Source: an uncultured virus (IMG/VR IMGVR_UViG_3300048028_000412)
Taxonomy: Duplodnaviria; Heunggongvirae; Uroviricota; Caudoviricetes
IMG/VR virus record: IMGVR_UViG_3300048028_000412
Reading direction: 5' to 3' (one strand)
DNA: 64,000 bases
Position numbers and translations under genes: made by a program. This document shows positions 10,195-20,125 of the stretch, piece after piece (positions within the stretch are counted from its first letter, which is position 1; each line of letters begins with the position of its first letter). The notes under the pieces were generated by a model. It did no database searches. It saw only the letters and a program-made list of their open reading frames with translations, and had not been told where the DNA came from.

Positions 10195-11790
10195 TTAGTA
10201 AAAGTTATCGTTAAAATTGTGTTCAATTGCCCATGGCTCTCTAGGATCTACGGTTCTTTCTACTTCTTCTAGTCCGTCATCAACGAATCCAAACGGAACC
10301 ATGTCATTATCAATTTCTTGCATTCTATTTTTATACATCATTTCTTTTAGATTAATATCAGTAATTTCGCCAAACTGGCTTGAAAGAGAAAAATATCCAA
10401 ACATTACAAGATTCATCATTAGATCGTCATGATTACCATCAGATGCTTCATATGATTGCCCTTTAGCAATAAATGTCGATATTTCTAAAATAGTATTTTC
10501 GTCTACTATATCCAGTTTTTGTGTTTCTAATATGTCCTTTATAGTAGAGCATCCTAGTCTTTTAACTTTTCTATTCATTTCAATACCCAGAGCATTTGCC
10601 TTAATAGCAGACTCTACGTGCATATTTTCATATTCAAAATCATAATATAATCCATTACAGACTACTGCCCCTTGATCATTAGCCTCAATAACGACATAAG
10701 CATCATTGTAGACTTTAGCATATTTATAAATAATGTTTGGGAAGAGAATAGGTGAAATAGTATTATTGCGATAAACAGCAACCTGTTTAAAAGGTCTTGT
10801 GCTAATATCGATCACATTAAATGTAGAATAATCCTGTCCTCTTCCCTTCGATACATCAACAGTCATAATATAATCATGATCTTTTTGTGTTTCTTCATAT
10901 ATGTAAACACTATTACCTTCTAGCATCGACTTGGGCGGATTAGCTCTTAGAGCCATTAATGTTTCTGCATTAATTAGAGTATCACCTGTACCAAAAAATG
11001 TATTACCGAACTCCTGATCAAATTGCAGCTGCGAAGTGTTAGAAATGGTTTGCAGTTTCCACTCGTCATCTCGACCTGGTACATCCCACCAATCTACTCT
11101 GAATGGCGTATATTCATTTACACCTTGAATAGCTCCTGTCCATATCTTTTCAAATATATTGCCGATACCATTAGCAGTAGAAGTAATAATAACCTTTGTA
11201 TCTTTACCAGAAGAAATAACAGGATATGTTGATGTATAAAACTCTGCTGCTCTTTCAACAAATGCAAACTCGTCAAGGTACAATAAGTTAACTGACATAC
11301 CACGAATAGACGATCCGGACGTAGCTGCTGCAATAATTCTACTATTATTTGAAAACTCTATAGATCTTTTATTAAGAGCTCTACAACCAGGTTGTAAAAA
11401 GAAAGGAAGATTCTCTAGCATAAGAGTAATACGTGCTAACATCTCACCGGCAGTCGCGCCTTTATTTGCAAGAATCGCAACAGTTTTTTCTGGATTAAAT
11501 AGTACATACCATAAGAGATATGCGACTGAAGATATAGATTTACCTGATTGTCTACAAGCCAATACTATATTAAATCTATTGTCATTAAATTTCTTAAACA
11601 TCTTTTCTTGATATGGATAAAGTTCAAACGGAACTAATCCTTTATCAAGTGATATAATTTTACAGTAGGTTGAAGCAAAGTAACCAGGGTCTTTCATACA
11701 CTTAGCATATTCAGCTACTTCAGCGGTGGTCCAATTATGGGTAATACCATCTCTTTTTACATTGATATTACCATTGTAAGAATCAGTCAT
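10195..11790 (-). CDS. gp17: Terminase large subunit
   Basis: Walker A RQSGKS, Walker B LLYLDEFAF, ITSTANG, nuclease DVSKG..DYS, HDDL; likely start MTDSYNGN at 11790. Confidence 0.98.
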   Translation of the reverse strand: MTDSYNGNINVKRDGITHNWTTAEVAEYAKCMKDPGYFASTYCKIISLDKGLVPFELYPYQEKMFKKFNDNRFNIVLACRQSGKSISSVAYLLWYVLFNPEKTVAILANKGATAGEMLARITLMLENLPFFLQPGCRALNKRSIEFSNNSRIIAAATSGSSIRGMSVNLLYLDEFAFVERAAEFYTSTYPVISSGKDTKVIITSTANGIGNIFEKIWTGAIQGVNEYTPFRVDWWDVPGRDDEWKLQTISNTSQLQFDQEFGNTFFGTGDTLINAETLMALRANPPKSMLEGNSVYIYEETQKDHDYIMTVDVSKGRGQDYSTFNVIDISTRPFKQVAVYRNNTISPILFPNIIYKYAKVYNDAYVVIEANDQGAVVCNGLYYDFEYENMHVESAIKANALGIEMNRKVKRLGCSTIKDILETQKLDIVDENTILEISTFIAKGQSYEASDGNHDDLMMNLVMFGYFSLSSQFGEITDINLKEMMYKNRMQEIDNDMVPFGFVDDGLEEVERTVDPREPWAIEHNFNDNFY

Positions 11791-12142
11791 CCTTCTTGTA
11801 ATCACTAATGTCAACTATATTTTCCTCATCATCTTGTTGCCGCAACATTCGTTGCAGTTCACTTGTAGAACCAATAAAGACATTATTGGTAGTTTGACCA
11901 GGTAATTCTTTTACCTCATCGGTTTTATCGAAGTCTTTTTTCTTTTTATGAAGATCCATCAGCGAACCATTAATGTCGCCAACATTTTTCATCATATTAG
12001 AAAGAACCTCAAAGGCTCTAGGATGTTCAGTAGCTCTAGCTACTTCCATCATATCATCTAAAGCTTCAGAGCCTTTGTTTAAAAGATCGTGGTATATTCT
12101 TCTTGAGTATTCAAAGTCATTTTCTGCATTATCTTGAGTCAT
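11783..12142 (-). CDS. gp16: Terminase small subunit
   Basis: HPRAFEV, NNVFIGSTSELQ; adjacent to gp17. Confidence 0.93.
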   Translation of the reverse strand: MTQDNAENDFEYSRRIYHDLLNKGSEALDDMMEVARATEHPRAFEVLSNMMKNVGDINGSLMDLHKKKKDFDKTDEVKELPGQTTNNVFIGSTSELQRMLRQQDDEENIVDISDYKKDD

Positions 12143-12146
12143 ATCA

Positions 12147-13157
12147 TTACACTATATTAATAATCCCGGCCATTGAATCATGGGATGTACATTGGTATCT
12201 TAATCTTAACGGAGCAGACATTGAAGGCACTATCGTAACGTTTCCTGTTGCATTACTATCTCTATTATTTGTTACTCCTGTATCATAGGAATTACCATCG
12301 CTATCCTGTATCTCTAGCGGATGAGCTCCTGTATTATTAATAAATATGTATGCATCACCTCTTCTTAAATATAAAGTGGGGTTATTTTCAGATGTTGGAA
12401 AAAATCTGTTTCTTGTATCAGTAAATATATACGCTGAAGTACCTGAAGCTCCTAGATTAAACGCATGCACATTAGCGAATCCATTCATATTCAAATCTCC
12501 CCCTAGAGCTGGAGAGGAATCTTCTACAATGTTAGCTAAACTTAAAGATAATACCACCGCTGAATCAACTTGATCTGCGCCGATCTGCCTTGCTTGTATA
12601 TAAGCTGAATCGATTAATCCCGTGACCGAAGCCGAATCTAAAGACTGTCTAAGTTGAACATAGTTTGAATCAATTAAAGCAATCGTATCAGCCTGAAAAT
12701 CACCTGCAAACGTATATTTCCTTTGTTTTAAAATTACATAATCTGAATCTACAGTGCCTTTTACTTCATCTTCATAATACGTTGTATAGTCCGGAGCTCT
12801 TAACGCAACATAAGCAGAATCAACCCGCGTAGATAAAAATGTATTTCCTACGTGCGAATCTATAATACCTACAGCGTCGGTAGAATCAAACTTGGTATAA
12901 CCTTCTCCTGCGATTAAAGAGGAAACCGCCGCAGGGTTTGTTGCGTATGTATTGATATAACTGCTGTCAATTAAATTAATAATTTCTGATGAATCTAATA
13001 GTAATTGAAATGCTTCTGCGGAATCAAGAGCTACAGTTCTAGCAATAGTGGCTATACCGGCCGAATCAACAATTCTGCTGTCTAGCTCGCTGAAGTTAGT
13101 ATCCATCTCTGTGTGAGTAAGAGCTGAACCCTTTGTGCTTCTTAATGTAATTGCCAT
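12147..13157 (-). CDS. Asp-Ser-repeat fibre-like protein with C-terminal cupredoxin-like domain
   Basis: N-terminal LRSTKGSALTHTEMDTNF; 17 DS dipeptides; C-terminal NPTLYL.RG..HPL..YQCTSH.SM. Confidence 0.65.
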   Translation of the reverse strand: MAITLRSTKGSALTHTEMDTNFSELDSRIVDSAGIATIARTVALDSAEAFQLLLDSSEIINLIDSSYINTYATNPAAVSSLIAGEGYTKFDSTDAVGIIDSHVGNTFLSTRVDSAYVALRAPDYTTYYEDEVKGTVDSDYVILKQRKYTFAGDFQADTIALIDSNYVQLRQSLDSASVTGLIDSAYIQARQIGADQVDSAVVLSLSLANIVEDSSPALGGDLNMNGFANVHAFNLGASGTSAYIFTDTRNRFFPTSENNPTLYLRRGDAYIFINNTGAHPLEIQDSDGNSYDTGVTNNRDSNATGNVTIVPSMSAPLRLRYQCTSHDSMAGIINIV

Positions 13158-13158
13158 G

Positions 13159-13992
13159 TTATCCCTCGATGCTAAAATAATCGGTTATTACATAACCGTT
13201 AAGTACATAAGATCTATTATCTTTTTCTTCTATGACTTCAGTGAATCCGAAGTCGCTATCTGCTAAACCTATAGCTGTTAATGGGTCCGGAGTAACCGTA
13301 ACTCTTCCTGAGAAATCTTCTCCTGACACACCAGCATTCATATCATATATGTTATTTATAGACTTCCTAATAACGTTCTTAGGTAGTATGGGTCCATAAA
13401 AATTTATCCTCATATCAAATGTAAGAGTATATAAAATAGTTCTTCTTTGCTCTAAAGCCCCCTCATAGTCATCAGAAAAATCAACACCATTTAAAGCAAT
13501 AGGAACGTCTTCTTTAATATCAGGGTAATCAGTAAATGGCTTTAGTGTTAGTGTATATTGAGGATTAAAATATGGTAAAACTTGCTCAACTACTTGCAAT
13601 GCATCATCTTGTGTTTTGGCGTATATATTTAATTGAAACCCTAAATTATATGGCACATATGAATAAAACTTATTTCTAAGAGCATTAGAAGTGCCGGCCT
13701 GCTGAAAATTATTAGTTTTCTGTAGCTGCCTACCTTGATCGTATGCAATAGAAACAATCTCAAAAGACATCCGAGGTAACTTCATTGCTACTTGAGTATT
13801 AGCATCTAAGTCTGGGTTTTCTCTAATTCGTTCTAAGAACTTGTTTTTAGGCGCATAAGATAACGGAACTTTAACCTGAGAAATAACTTGATTAGAAGAA
13901 TTTTTACGAATGACATAAATATTATTAAACAGCGCACCGAATACTGCAACGCTTTTTCTTAACCGCTCATGATAGAAATGATTACCAAGCAT
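13159..13992 (-). CDS. gp15: Tail sheath stabiliser / tail terminator
   Basis: KVPLSYAPK.KF, LPRMSFE, QVVEQVLPYFNP, DDYEG. Confidence 0.95.
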   Translation of the reverse strand: MLGNHFYHERLRKSVAVFGALFNNIYVIRKNSSNQVISQVKVPLSYAPKNKFLERIRENPDLDANTQVAMKLPRMSFEIVSIAYDQGRQLQKTNNFQQAGTSNALRNKFYSYVPYNLGFQLNIYAKTQDDALQVVEQVLPYFNPQYTLTLKPFTDYPDIKEDVPIALNGVDFSDDYEGALEQRRTILYTLTFDMRINFYGPILPKNVIRKSINNIYDMNAGVSGEDFSGRVTVTPDPLTAIGLADSDFGFTEVIEEKDNRSYVLNGYVITDYFSIEG

Positions 13993-13994
13993 AA

Positions 13995-14225
13995 TTAACC
14001 CTTGTATATCTTCTGTAGAACGTCTTCGAACTCTTCTACTTTGGTTAAACGATTAGGCCAGAGAATATAATCTTTCTCTGGATTCTTTTTTAAATTATTC
14101 AAAAGCGGAACAATAGCGTTATATAGATTATTTAGTCGCTCTTCATAACCAGAAGCTTCTGAACTTACTTTTTGTACTGCTTCTATTCGATCTTCATCGA
14201 CCGCAGTAAATCCGAAATCAAACAT
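13995..14225 (-). CDS. Small conserved hypothetical protein of T4-like phages
   Basis: MFDFGFTAVDE...PLLNNLKKNPEKDYILWPNR; likely start 14225. Confidence 0.7.
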   Translation of the reverse strand: MFDFGFTAVDEDRIEAVQKVSSEASGYEERLNNLYNAIVPLLNNLKKNPEKDYILWPNRLTKVEEFEDVLQKIYKG

Positions 14226-14226
14226 A

Positions 14227-15102
14227 TCAGCCACTCGGATCACCAAATGGATTTGATTCTGTAAAGTCTAAAAAGCTATCTCCAATAGTATTAAAGTCGT
14301 CATTTTGTTCATTCGCAGATATTTGATTATCTTCAGTAACAGCTGTTACAGTTGCAACTGAGGTAAGACTTGATATCTGTAATGCAGTAGTAAACTCGTG
14401 ATATAAACCATCACTGGCTCCTACATGGATTAGGCCAAGAACGTTATCTGAATCAGACCATTTAGAGATCTCCCCTTGCATGGTCACGCCGGTAGAAAAG
14501 GTCTGAGTAGCTGTCTCACCAATAATAAATCCATTGCTGGCAGAATCTAAAGTGAGCAGATACTCATATGCATGCGCTCTTTCAATAACATCAATTGCAT
14601 CGATACCGGTATCAAGATCTTCATCGTTATACTCGAACAATTCTGTTCTTAACTTATATGTGGGTAGATTGCTTAACTGATAGAATGGTTGTTCATGCTC
14701 AACTTGCATAATCTGAAATAGTTTATTAGACAGTGGAAGATAAATTAAATCACCCTCTAGAGGTCTTACGCTACTAAGCTCATTATCGTACCTTGCGACC
14801 GAATTAGCCCAGCGCTTTCGCGATACAATAAACGTTGCTTGGTCTCTTATCTCTACTCCAAACTTAGTGAATAAGTCTCCCTCACCATCAAAACCTTCTA
14901 CGTTCTCTATGTACATTTCAATCTTATATGAAGAATTAAATCTAGAAGGTACGTCATCGCCTAAGATTTTATCTTCATTAACAATATCTCTTGGGAGATA
15001 ATAAACATCTTGACCATAGATTTTTAAAGATTCTATTATAATATCTTCATATAAATCTTGTTCAGATCTTACTTTTTGACTGAAATAGTGATTAGTTGCC
15101 AT
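14227..15102 (-). CDS. gp14: Neck protein
   Basis: YGQDVYYLPR, KFG.EIRD, EGDLIY.P, PFYQL, DFTESNPFG. Confidence 0.95.
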   Translation of the reverse strand: MATNHYFSQKVRSEQDLYEDIIIESLKIYGQDVYYLPRDIVNEDKILGDDVPSRFNSSYKIEMYIENVEGFDGEGDLFTKFGVEIRDQATFIVSRKRWANSVARYDNELSSVRPLEGDLIYLPLSNKLFQIMQVEHEQPFYQLSNLPTYKLRTELFEYNDEDLDTGIDAIDVIERAHAYEYLLTLDSASNGFIIGETATQTFSTGVTMQGEISKWSDSDNVLGLIHVGASDGLYHEFTTALQISSLTSVATVTAVTEDNQISANEQNDDFNTIGDSFLDFTESNPFGDPSG

Positions 15103-15105
15103 TAA

Positions 15106-15858
15106 CTACCCCATAAAGAAATCAGCCGGCAATTCATGCTCTAGTCTGATTTTCTCTCTTAATTGAGCTATCTCTTGAGTAGCATCTTCAAATATCTGTC
15201 TACCATTTAGCTGCACTCCGCCCGGAAGTACCATACCTTCAAATTTAATAAGGTTAGATCCCCATTGCTGTTTAATGAGTGCTGTAGTATATTCCTTTAA
15301 CCACATGTCATTATAAATCGCAGCATGACTAGAGCCACTTATGATCTGATAACATTCGGCAATCAAATAATCATCTTCTTTAATATCACCATCAGAAAAG
15401 TCGCCGTGAATATATAAGCGGTTCTGGTTACGCACATAGCTGACCTGAGGGTTACCGGTTAACTTCATGTCAAGGACTGACAAATACTGTTGCATTTGTT
15501 CATAGTAACCTAAATCGCCAATAAAACTGTGAAGATCAGCAATATCATTAAGATGCATCTGATATTTTATATCAAAGAAATTTCTACCGGCACTACCTGA
15601 TGGAATTCTAAATAATCTTTGTACTTGAATAATATCTGATGATATATTAATATATTCATTAGTCACATCATCAGCTGTGACTTGATGTTTAAAAAAAGTC
15701 CTAAACGTGCCTTCAGAGTGAAATTCTCTAAAGTATTGCAGCGCCTCATCAAGGCGATCCTCTAATTGATCTGGGTCAACGTTAATTTCAATTACTGGTT
15801 CACCCAGCCGGCGAAGACAATATTCAATAAGAGTTGCTCTTGAAGTAGGGACAGCCAT
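15106..15858 (-). CDS. gp13: Neck protein
   Basis: YCLRRLGEPVIEINV, WLKEY..ALIKQQWG.NL.KF.G..LPGG. Confidence 0.95.
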   Translation of the reverse strand: MAVPTSRATLIEYCLRRLGEPVIEINVDPDQLEDRLDEALQYFREFHSEGTFRTFFKHQVTADDVTNEYINISSDIIQVQRLFRIPSGSAGRNFFDIKYQMHLNDIADLHSFIGDLGYYEQMQQYLSVLDMKLTGNPQVSYVRNQNRLYIHGDFSDGDIKEDDYLIAECYQIISGSSHAAIYNDMWLKEYTTALIKQQWGSNLIKFEGMVLPGGVQLNGRQIFEDATQEIAQLREKIRLEHELPADFFMG

Positions 15859-15883
15859 ATGATATTCCTAAATTACTTGATAC

Positions 15884-15909
15884 TATTTATAATATTAGCA
15901 CTATTTATA
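15884..15909 (-). promoter_or_regulatory. Two tandem T4-type late promoters
   Basis: TATAAATA at 15884-15891 and 15902-15909. Confidence 0.8.
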
Positions 15910-15911
15910 AT

Positions 15912-15940
15912 AAAAAAAATGGCAGCCAAAGCCGCCATTT
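15912..15940 (-). terminator. Rho-independent terminator closing the fibre island
   Basis: Minus strand ATGGCGGC-TTTG-GCTGCCAT hairpin followed by a T-run. Confidence 0.85.
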
Positions 15941-15959
15941 AAAATAGTGTAAGACAGTT

Positions 15960-16181
15960 TTACTCTCCTGATTCTTCTTCTGGCTTTAGTGACTCTGTAA
16001 GAGCAGCGCTAAAGACTCGTTGAGCGGCCTTTAATTGTTCAGTTTGAAACGAAAGATCGTTAAGTTTATTTGAAATATCTCTTAATTGAGAGATCGCATA
16101 TTTCTGTTCATTGTTAAGACTATCAATTTCATATTCCTTATCGTTTACCACGACTGTAGGAACTTTATTCTCTTCTGTCAT
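15960..16181 (-). CDS. Small coiled-coil hypothetical protein
   Basis: 73 aa ORF with AGGAG ribosome-binding site. Confidence 0.75.
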   Translation of the reverse strand: MTEENKVPTVVVNDKEYEIDSLNNEQKYAISQLRDISNKLNDLSFQTEQLKAAQRVFSAALTESLKPEEESGE

Positions 16182-16229
16182 TATTATCTCCTAGGACATT
16201 ATATAGTTAATATGGTATATATTATTATT

Positions 16230-19200
16230 TTATAGCACTCTTGCTTTTAAATTTGCTGATATCTTTGATGTTAAATCCACTGAGTTTGTAGTAGTAAACT
16301 CTACATCGTACTCAGTACCATGTATCGCCTGTTTGTACTTTGATGCCGCATCATAGTTAATCGTAACACCATCTGATATCGGAGAAGTCCCAGAAGCAGC
16401 ATATGGAGCTATCATAAGATCAAGAGTATCTGCACTATCTTGACTGAAATGATATCCATCAGCTACTGCATCAAGTTGAGCTTTATCCATTCTATTAAAA
16501 GCCTGAGATGTTAAAGCTTGTTGGAGAGTAGCATGTTCATTATTATTTGTACCATTGACCCAAGTCTCGCCAGTTCCATATCCTAATCCGGTTGTTGTAG
16601 TAGAAAACTGTTTTACAGTATTTCCATTGGTTTCTAAAATGAATAACTTAGTACCATCATTGGAAAATGCTATACTATACATACCACCAGAAATTACTGA
16701 AACAACATGATATTCTGCATCAGCAGTAGTTCCTTGTGATGAAGATAATGTGTAAGGTGATGCTAAATTATATTGATATACTTTTCGATCACTCACTCCA
16801 GATAAAAAGATTTTAGTCCCGTCTGAATTAAAATCAACGCCTCTTACGTTTGCTTTTGCATGATATAGGTAATTACTTGTTGTAGATGCAGAGGATATTA
16901 CATAAGGAGTGCTTAATGAATATTCACGTATTCTTTTATCAGAAGATCCGTCATCAGACATAAATAATTTAGTACCATCTGAATTAAAATTTAAACTATG
17001 AATATCGCTTGATCCCATATCAGATGGAGTATAGGAAACACTGTCGTATGATGCAGTAGTTACATCCCAAGCAGTACTTAATGTATATTGATACATATTT
17101 GTACCATCGGCTGCATACATCTTAGTACCATCAGGTTTAAAACTAAGTGCTAAAGTATCATTATGTTCGTCTATGTTATAATTGCCTGTACTGCTTGCTG
17201 TGCTAATATCGTTAGGTGTTGATAATGTAAATTGATAAACATGACCAGTATATGCACCAATGTATAATTCAGTACCATCAGGTTTTAGATACATACCTCT
17301 TGGGTTAGAGTGAGAAACGCTATATGATTTATTATCATAACTTGGGCTTGCTAAACTAAAACCAACAGCAGTTGAACTACCAGTATTATTATTATACTGC
17401 CAAGTTCCAGAATTATTCTTAACAATCTTTCTGACACCATCTGATGCCTTTGCTACACCCCAACTTGCTCTATTATCTGTTGAAACTGCATAGAAGATGT
17501 CCCCATCATTTTTAGTTTCATCTGCAGTCATGGAGTTAATATCTAACCAGCTTGATGAATTGATTTGACCAGTAGAAGAATTTGTAAGTGCTGGCATATA
17601 TTGTGAATATGGTGCTGAATTTGATGCTGCAGCATAATATTGAAGCACAGGGTCACCAGACACATTTGGAATAGTAACATAGAAATTTTCGCCTGCTGTG
17701 TCAATACCTAGACCATAGCAACTACCGCTAGAACCTACAGCTTTTAATGAATCATATGTTGCAGTACTTAGGTCCCAAGCTGTTGATAAATTATATTTCA
17801 GTAAATTACGTTGTTCACTTATAACTAGTAAAACTGTTCCACTAGAATTAAATTCCATCCCCATTGGTAAATTGCTACTGTTATAATATACATCCAAAAG
17901 TACATTATTATAAGTTGCAGTATCTGCCCTAAATGCAGTTGAACAATCCCATTCTGTTACTCTCCTATTTGTAAAATCTAATACATACATTTTAGTGCCG
18001 TCTGTACTAAAATGCACATCCCTTGCACTACCAACAGTTGAGCCTAGAGATTTGGCATGAGATCCAGAATAATTTGTCCATGTACTAGTTATATCCCAAG
18101 CAGAGCTTAAATAATGCGGATATATTGCGGAACCGGTTGTTAACCAAAGTATGGTGCCGTCAGGTTTAAAATATATACCGTTACCGCCCCCGTTTAATGA
18201 TCCAGTGCCTTTCGAGTAATGATGTGAAGCAGTACTTAAATCCCAAGGAGTGGATAAGTTAACGGAATGAATTTGCGCGTTGGCATCATCAAATATAGCT
18301 CTAGTTCCATCTGGTTTAAATGCTATATTTTTAAGTGTCGAAGAGAAGCTTGAAGTATTCCATGTGTATAAAAGTGTCGAAGAAGAAATATTGAATGATG
18401 ATTGGTGTCCACTTAATGTTATACCAGTTCCATCAGCCTTACCTTCAGCACCAAATAGCTGCCAAGAAGAAATTGCAGACGTGTCTGCAAATGCTGTGAC
18501 TGACTTATATGTTCCTGAAGTACCAGTAATTACAGCTGATCCAGAGTTACCTACGACTTTCTTACCCACGTCTGAAGAATTAAATGCCAGTGACGCCGTT
18601 GAAGAAAACTGATAAGCGTGCATATCATTATTCCCAAATATATAAAATTTTGCACCATTATTAGCAAAGGACATGCCACCAATATTTTTACTTCCAACAG
18701 TAGTATTTCTTACATCATATGTTGCAATATACGATGCGTTGCTTACGTTTCCATCGCTTGGCAAACTATATTCACCAATATAATAGTCACCTGCTCCAAT
18801 AAATAATTTTGATGCATCAGAATTTAATTCAAGTGCGGAGTGGGAATAGTTAAAATTATTAGTTGTAGCAAAACTATTGTTTGAATAGGAACCTGTACTT
18901 AAATCCCAAGCTGTAGATAAATTATATTGAAAGACTGTTTTATTGCTATGACCAGCAACATAAACTTTATCACCGTTAGGGCTTAATACTAATCCTGCAG
19001 GATTGTTCGACTGAGACTGAACACTTAATGATTTATTTGCATAAGAAGCAGTACTTACATCCCATGCTGTAGATAAAGTATATTGGTAAACGGAATCAGG
19101 GGCAGTGCTTGCAATGACATACATTATTGTTCCGTCTGGTTTAAACCGAACATCTCTTGGAACACCATCTTGAGAAGCTACAGAAAAACTTTTATTAGAA

Positions 19201-19769
19201 TATGATGCTGTACTTATATCATATGCTGTTGATAATGTGTACTGCCAAACTTTATCATTTGAAAATCCAATTAGATACATTGCAGTACCATCTGATTTAA
19301 ACGCAATTCCTTCTGCATTTCCTAATTGAGTTGAAGCATCAAAAGATTTACTATCATATGAAAGGTTACTTAAAATGTAAGGTGTGACTATAGCTGAACT
19401 GTTAGTAAAAGTGCCATCGCCTGTTGCACTAGGAGTTAATGTTGAACTAGCATAGGTTGAATAGGGTTTCTCATCATAAAAGTCATAATTAGCTCCGTTT
19501 GAATTAACATCCCAGGAAGATTTACTGCTAATTCCTATCTGAGGTACTTCTTTGAATACTGATACAAAAGGAACCGTGTTGGCTGCAGAGGATAATGATA
19601 TCGAAGATGTTTGATTTGAGTCAAACGATTGAGTTAGTGTACCTAAAGTACCTTCTGTGGATATCGTACTAGCCGCTATTTTTCCACTAGCGTTAAATGA
19701 TAATACCTGACCTTCTGTGCCGTCATCTAAGACGTTTGCTAATTCACCTAATTTTCTATTGTTGCTCAT
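16230..19769 (-). CDS. Large virion adhesin with three beta-propeller-type repeat blocks
   Basis: FKPDGT.MY...QYTLSTAWD.STASY repeats; paralogue of 2661-6401. Confidence 0.75.
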   Translation of the reverse strand: MSNNRKLGELANVLDDGTEGQVLSFNASGKIAASTISTEGTLGTLTQSFDSNQTSSISLSSAANTVPFVSVFKEVPQIGISSKSSWDVNSNGANYDFYDEKPYSTYASSTLTPSATGDGTFTNSSAIVTPYILSNLSYDSKSFDASTQLGNAEGIAFKSDGTAMYLIGFSNDKVWQYTLSTAYDISTASYSNKSFSVASQDGVPRDVRFKPDGTIMYVIASTAPDSVYQYTLSTAWDVSTASYANKSLSVQSQSNNPAGLVLSPNGDKVYVAGHSNKTVFQYNLSTAWDLSTGSYSNNSFATTNNFNYSHSALELNSDASKLFIGAGDYYIGEYSLPSDGNVSNASYIATYDVRNTTVGSKNIGGMSFANNGAKFYIFGNNDMHAYQFSSTASLAFNSSDVGKKVVGNSGSAVITGTSGTYKSVTAFADTSAISSWQLFGAEGKADGTGITLSGHQSSFNISSSTLLYTWNTSSFSSTLKNIAFKPDGTRAIFDDANAQIHSVNLSTPWDLSTASHHYSKGTGSLNGGGNGIYFKPDGTILWLTTGSAIYPHYLSSAWDITSTWTNYSGSHAKSLGSTVGSARDVHFSTDGTKMYVLDFTNRRVTEWDCSTAFRADTATYNNVLLDVYYNSSNLPMGMEFNSSGTVLLVISEQRNLLKYNLSTAWDLSTATYDSLKAVGSSGSCYGLGIDTAGENFYVTIPNVSGDPVLQYYAAASNSAPYSQYMPALTNSSTGQINSSSWLDINSMTADETKNDGDIFYAVSTDNRASWGVAKASDGVRKIVKNNSGTWQYNNNTGSSTAVGFSLASPSYDNKSYSVSHSNPRGMYLKPDGTELYIGAYTGHVYQFTLSTPNDISTASSTGNYNIDEHNDTLALSFKPDGTKMYAADGTNMYQYTLSTAWDVTTASYDSVSYTPSDMGSSDIHSLNFNSDGTKLFMSDDGSSDKRIREYSLSTPYVISSASTTSNYLYHAKANVRGVDFNSDGTKIFLSGVSDRKVYQYNLASPYTLSSSQGTTADAEYHVVSVISGGMYSIAFSNDGTKLFILETNGNTVKQFSTTTTGLGYGTGETWVNGTNNNEHATLQQALTSQAFNRMDKAQLDAVADGYHFSQDSADTLDLMIAPYAASGTSPISDGVTINYDAASKYKQAIHGTEYDVEFTTTNSVDLTSKISANLKARVL

Positions 19770-20125
19770 TCAATTAAACTCCAAGCCTGATTTACCTCAT
19801 CCCACTCATACTCATTGCCATCTGAGGGGTATGCTACTGGCGGTTGCCACTGACAGGTTTCTTCATCCAACGTCCAAGAAACAAACGGCCGAGGCGCTAG
19901 AAAAGCATTTCGAGCAGCGTCATACGAAAACCCAACGCCAGCAAAGTTTTTTCTAAAGTTGCTATTGTAGCTTGTTTGCTGCCAAGAGCCGCCAAATAGT
20001 TGCTCACAAAAGCTAACGCCTAAAGCTTCTTGCTCAACACCGTTCTCATCAAGCAAAACATCGTTTGCTACTACGATTACTCGCTCTACGATGTTGTAAG
20101 AATTTATTTTTGCAAAATGTGCCAT
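19766..20125 (-). CDS. Putative tail fibre assembly/chaperone-like protein
   Basis: MAHFAKI..W.QTSYN.NFRKN.AG..WDE..W; follows a Gly-rich fibre tip gene. Confidence 0.55.
   Translation of the reverse strand: MAHFAKINSYNIVERVIVVANDVLLDENGVEQEALGVSFCEQLFGGSWQQTSYNSNFRKNFAGVGFSYDAARNAFLAPRPFVSWTLDEETCQWQPPVAYPSDGNEYEWDEVNQAWSLIE

Noticed and set aside
10195..11814. Intein or intron in terminase (or in portal or sheath)
   Set aside because: Proteins are of normal or compact length with continuous motifs
12147..13157. DNA-level selection for GANTC (CcrM/HinfI) sites as the cause of DS enrichment
   Set aside because: GAY-TCN does create GANTC, but 4 of 17 DS here use AGY codons and Glu-Ser (also GANTC-forming) is not visibly enriched; a formal k-mer test is still advisable
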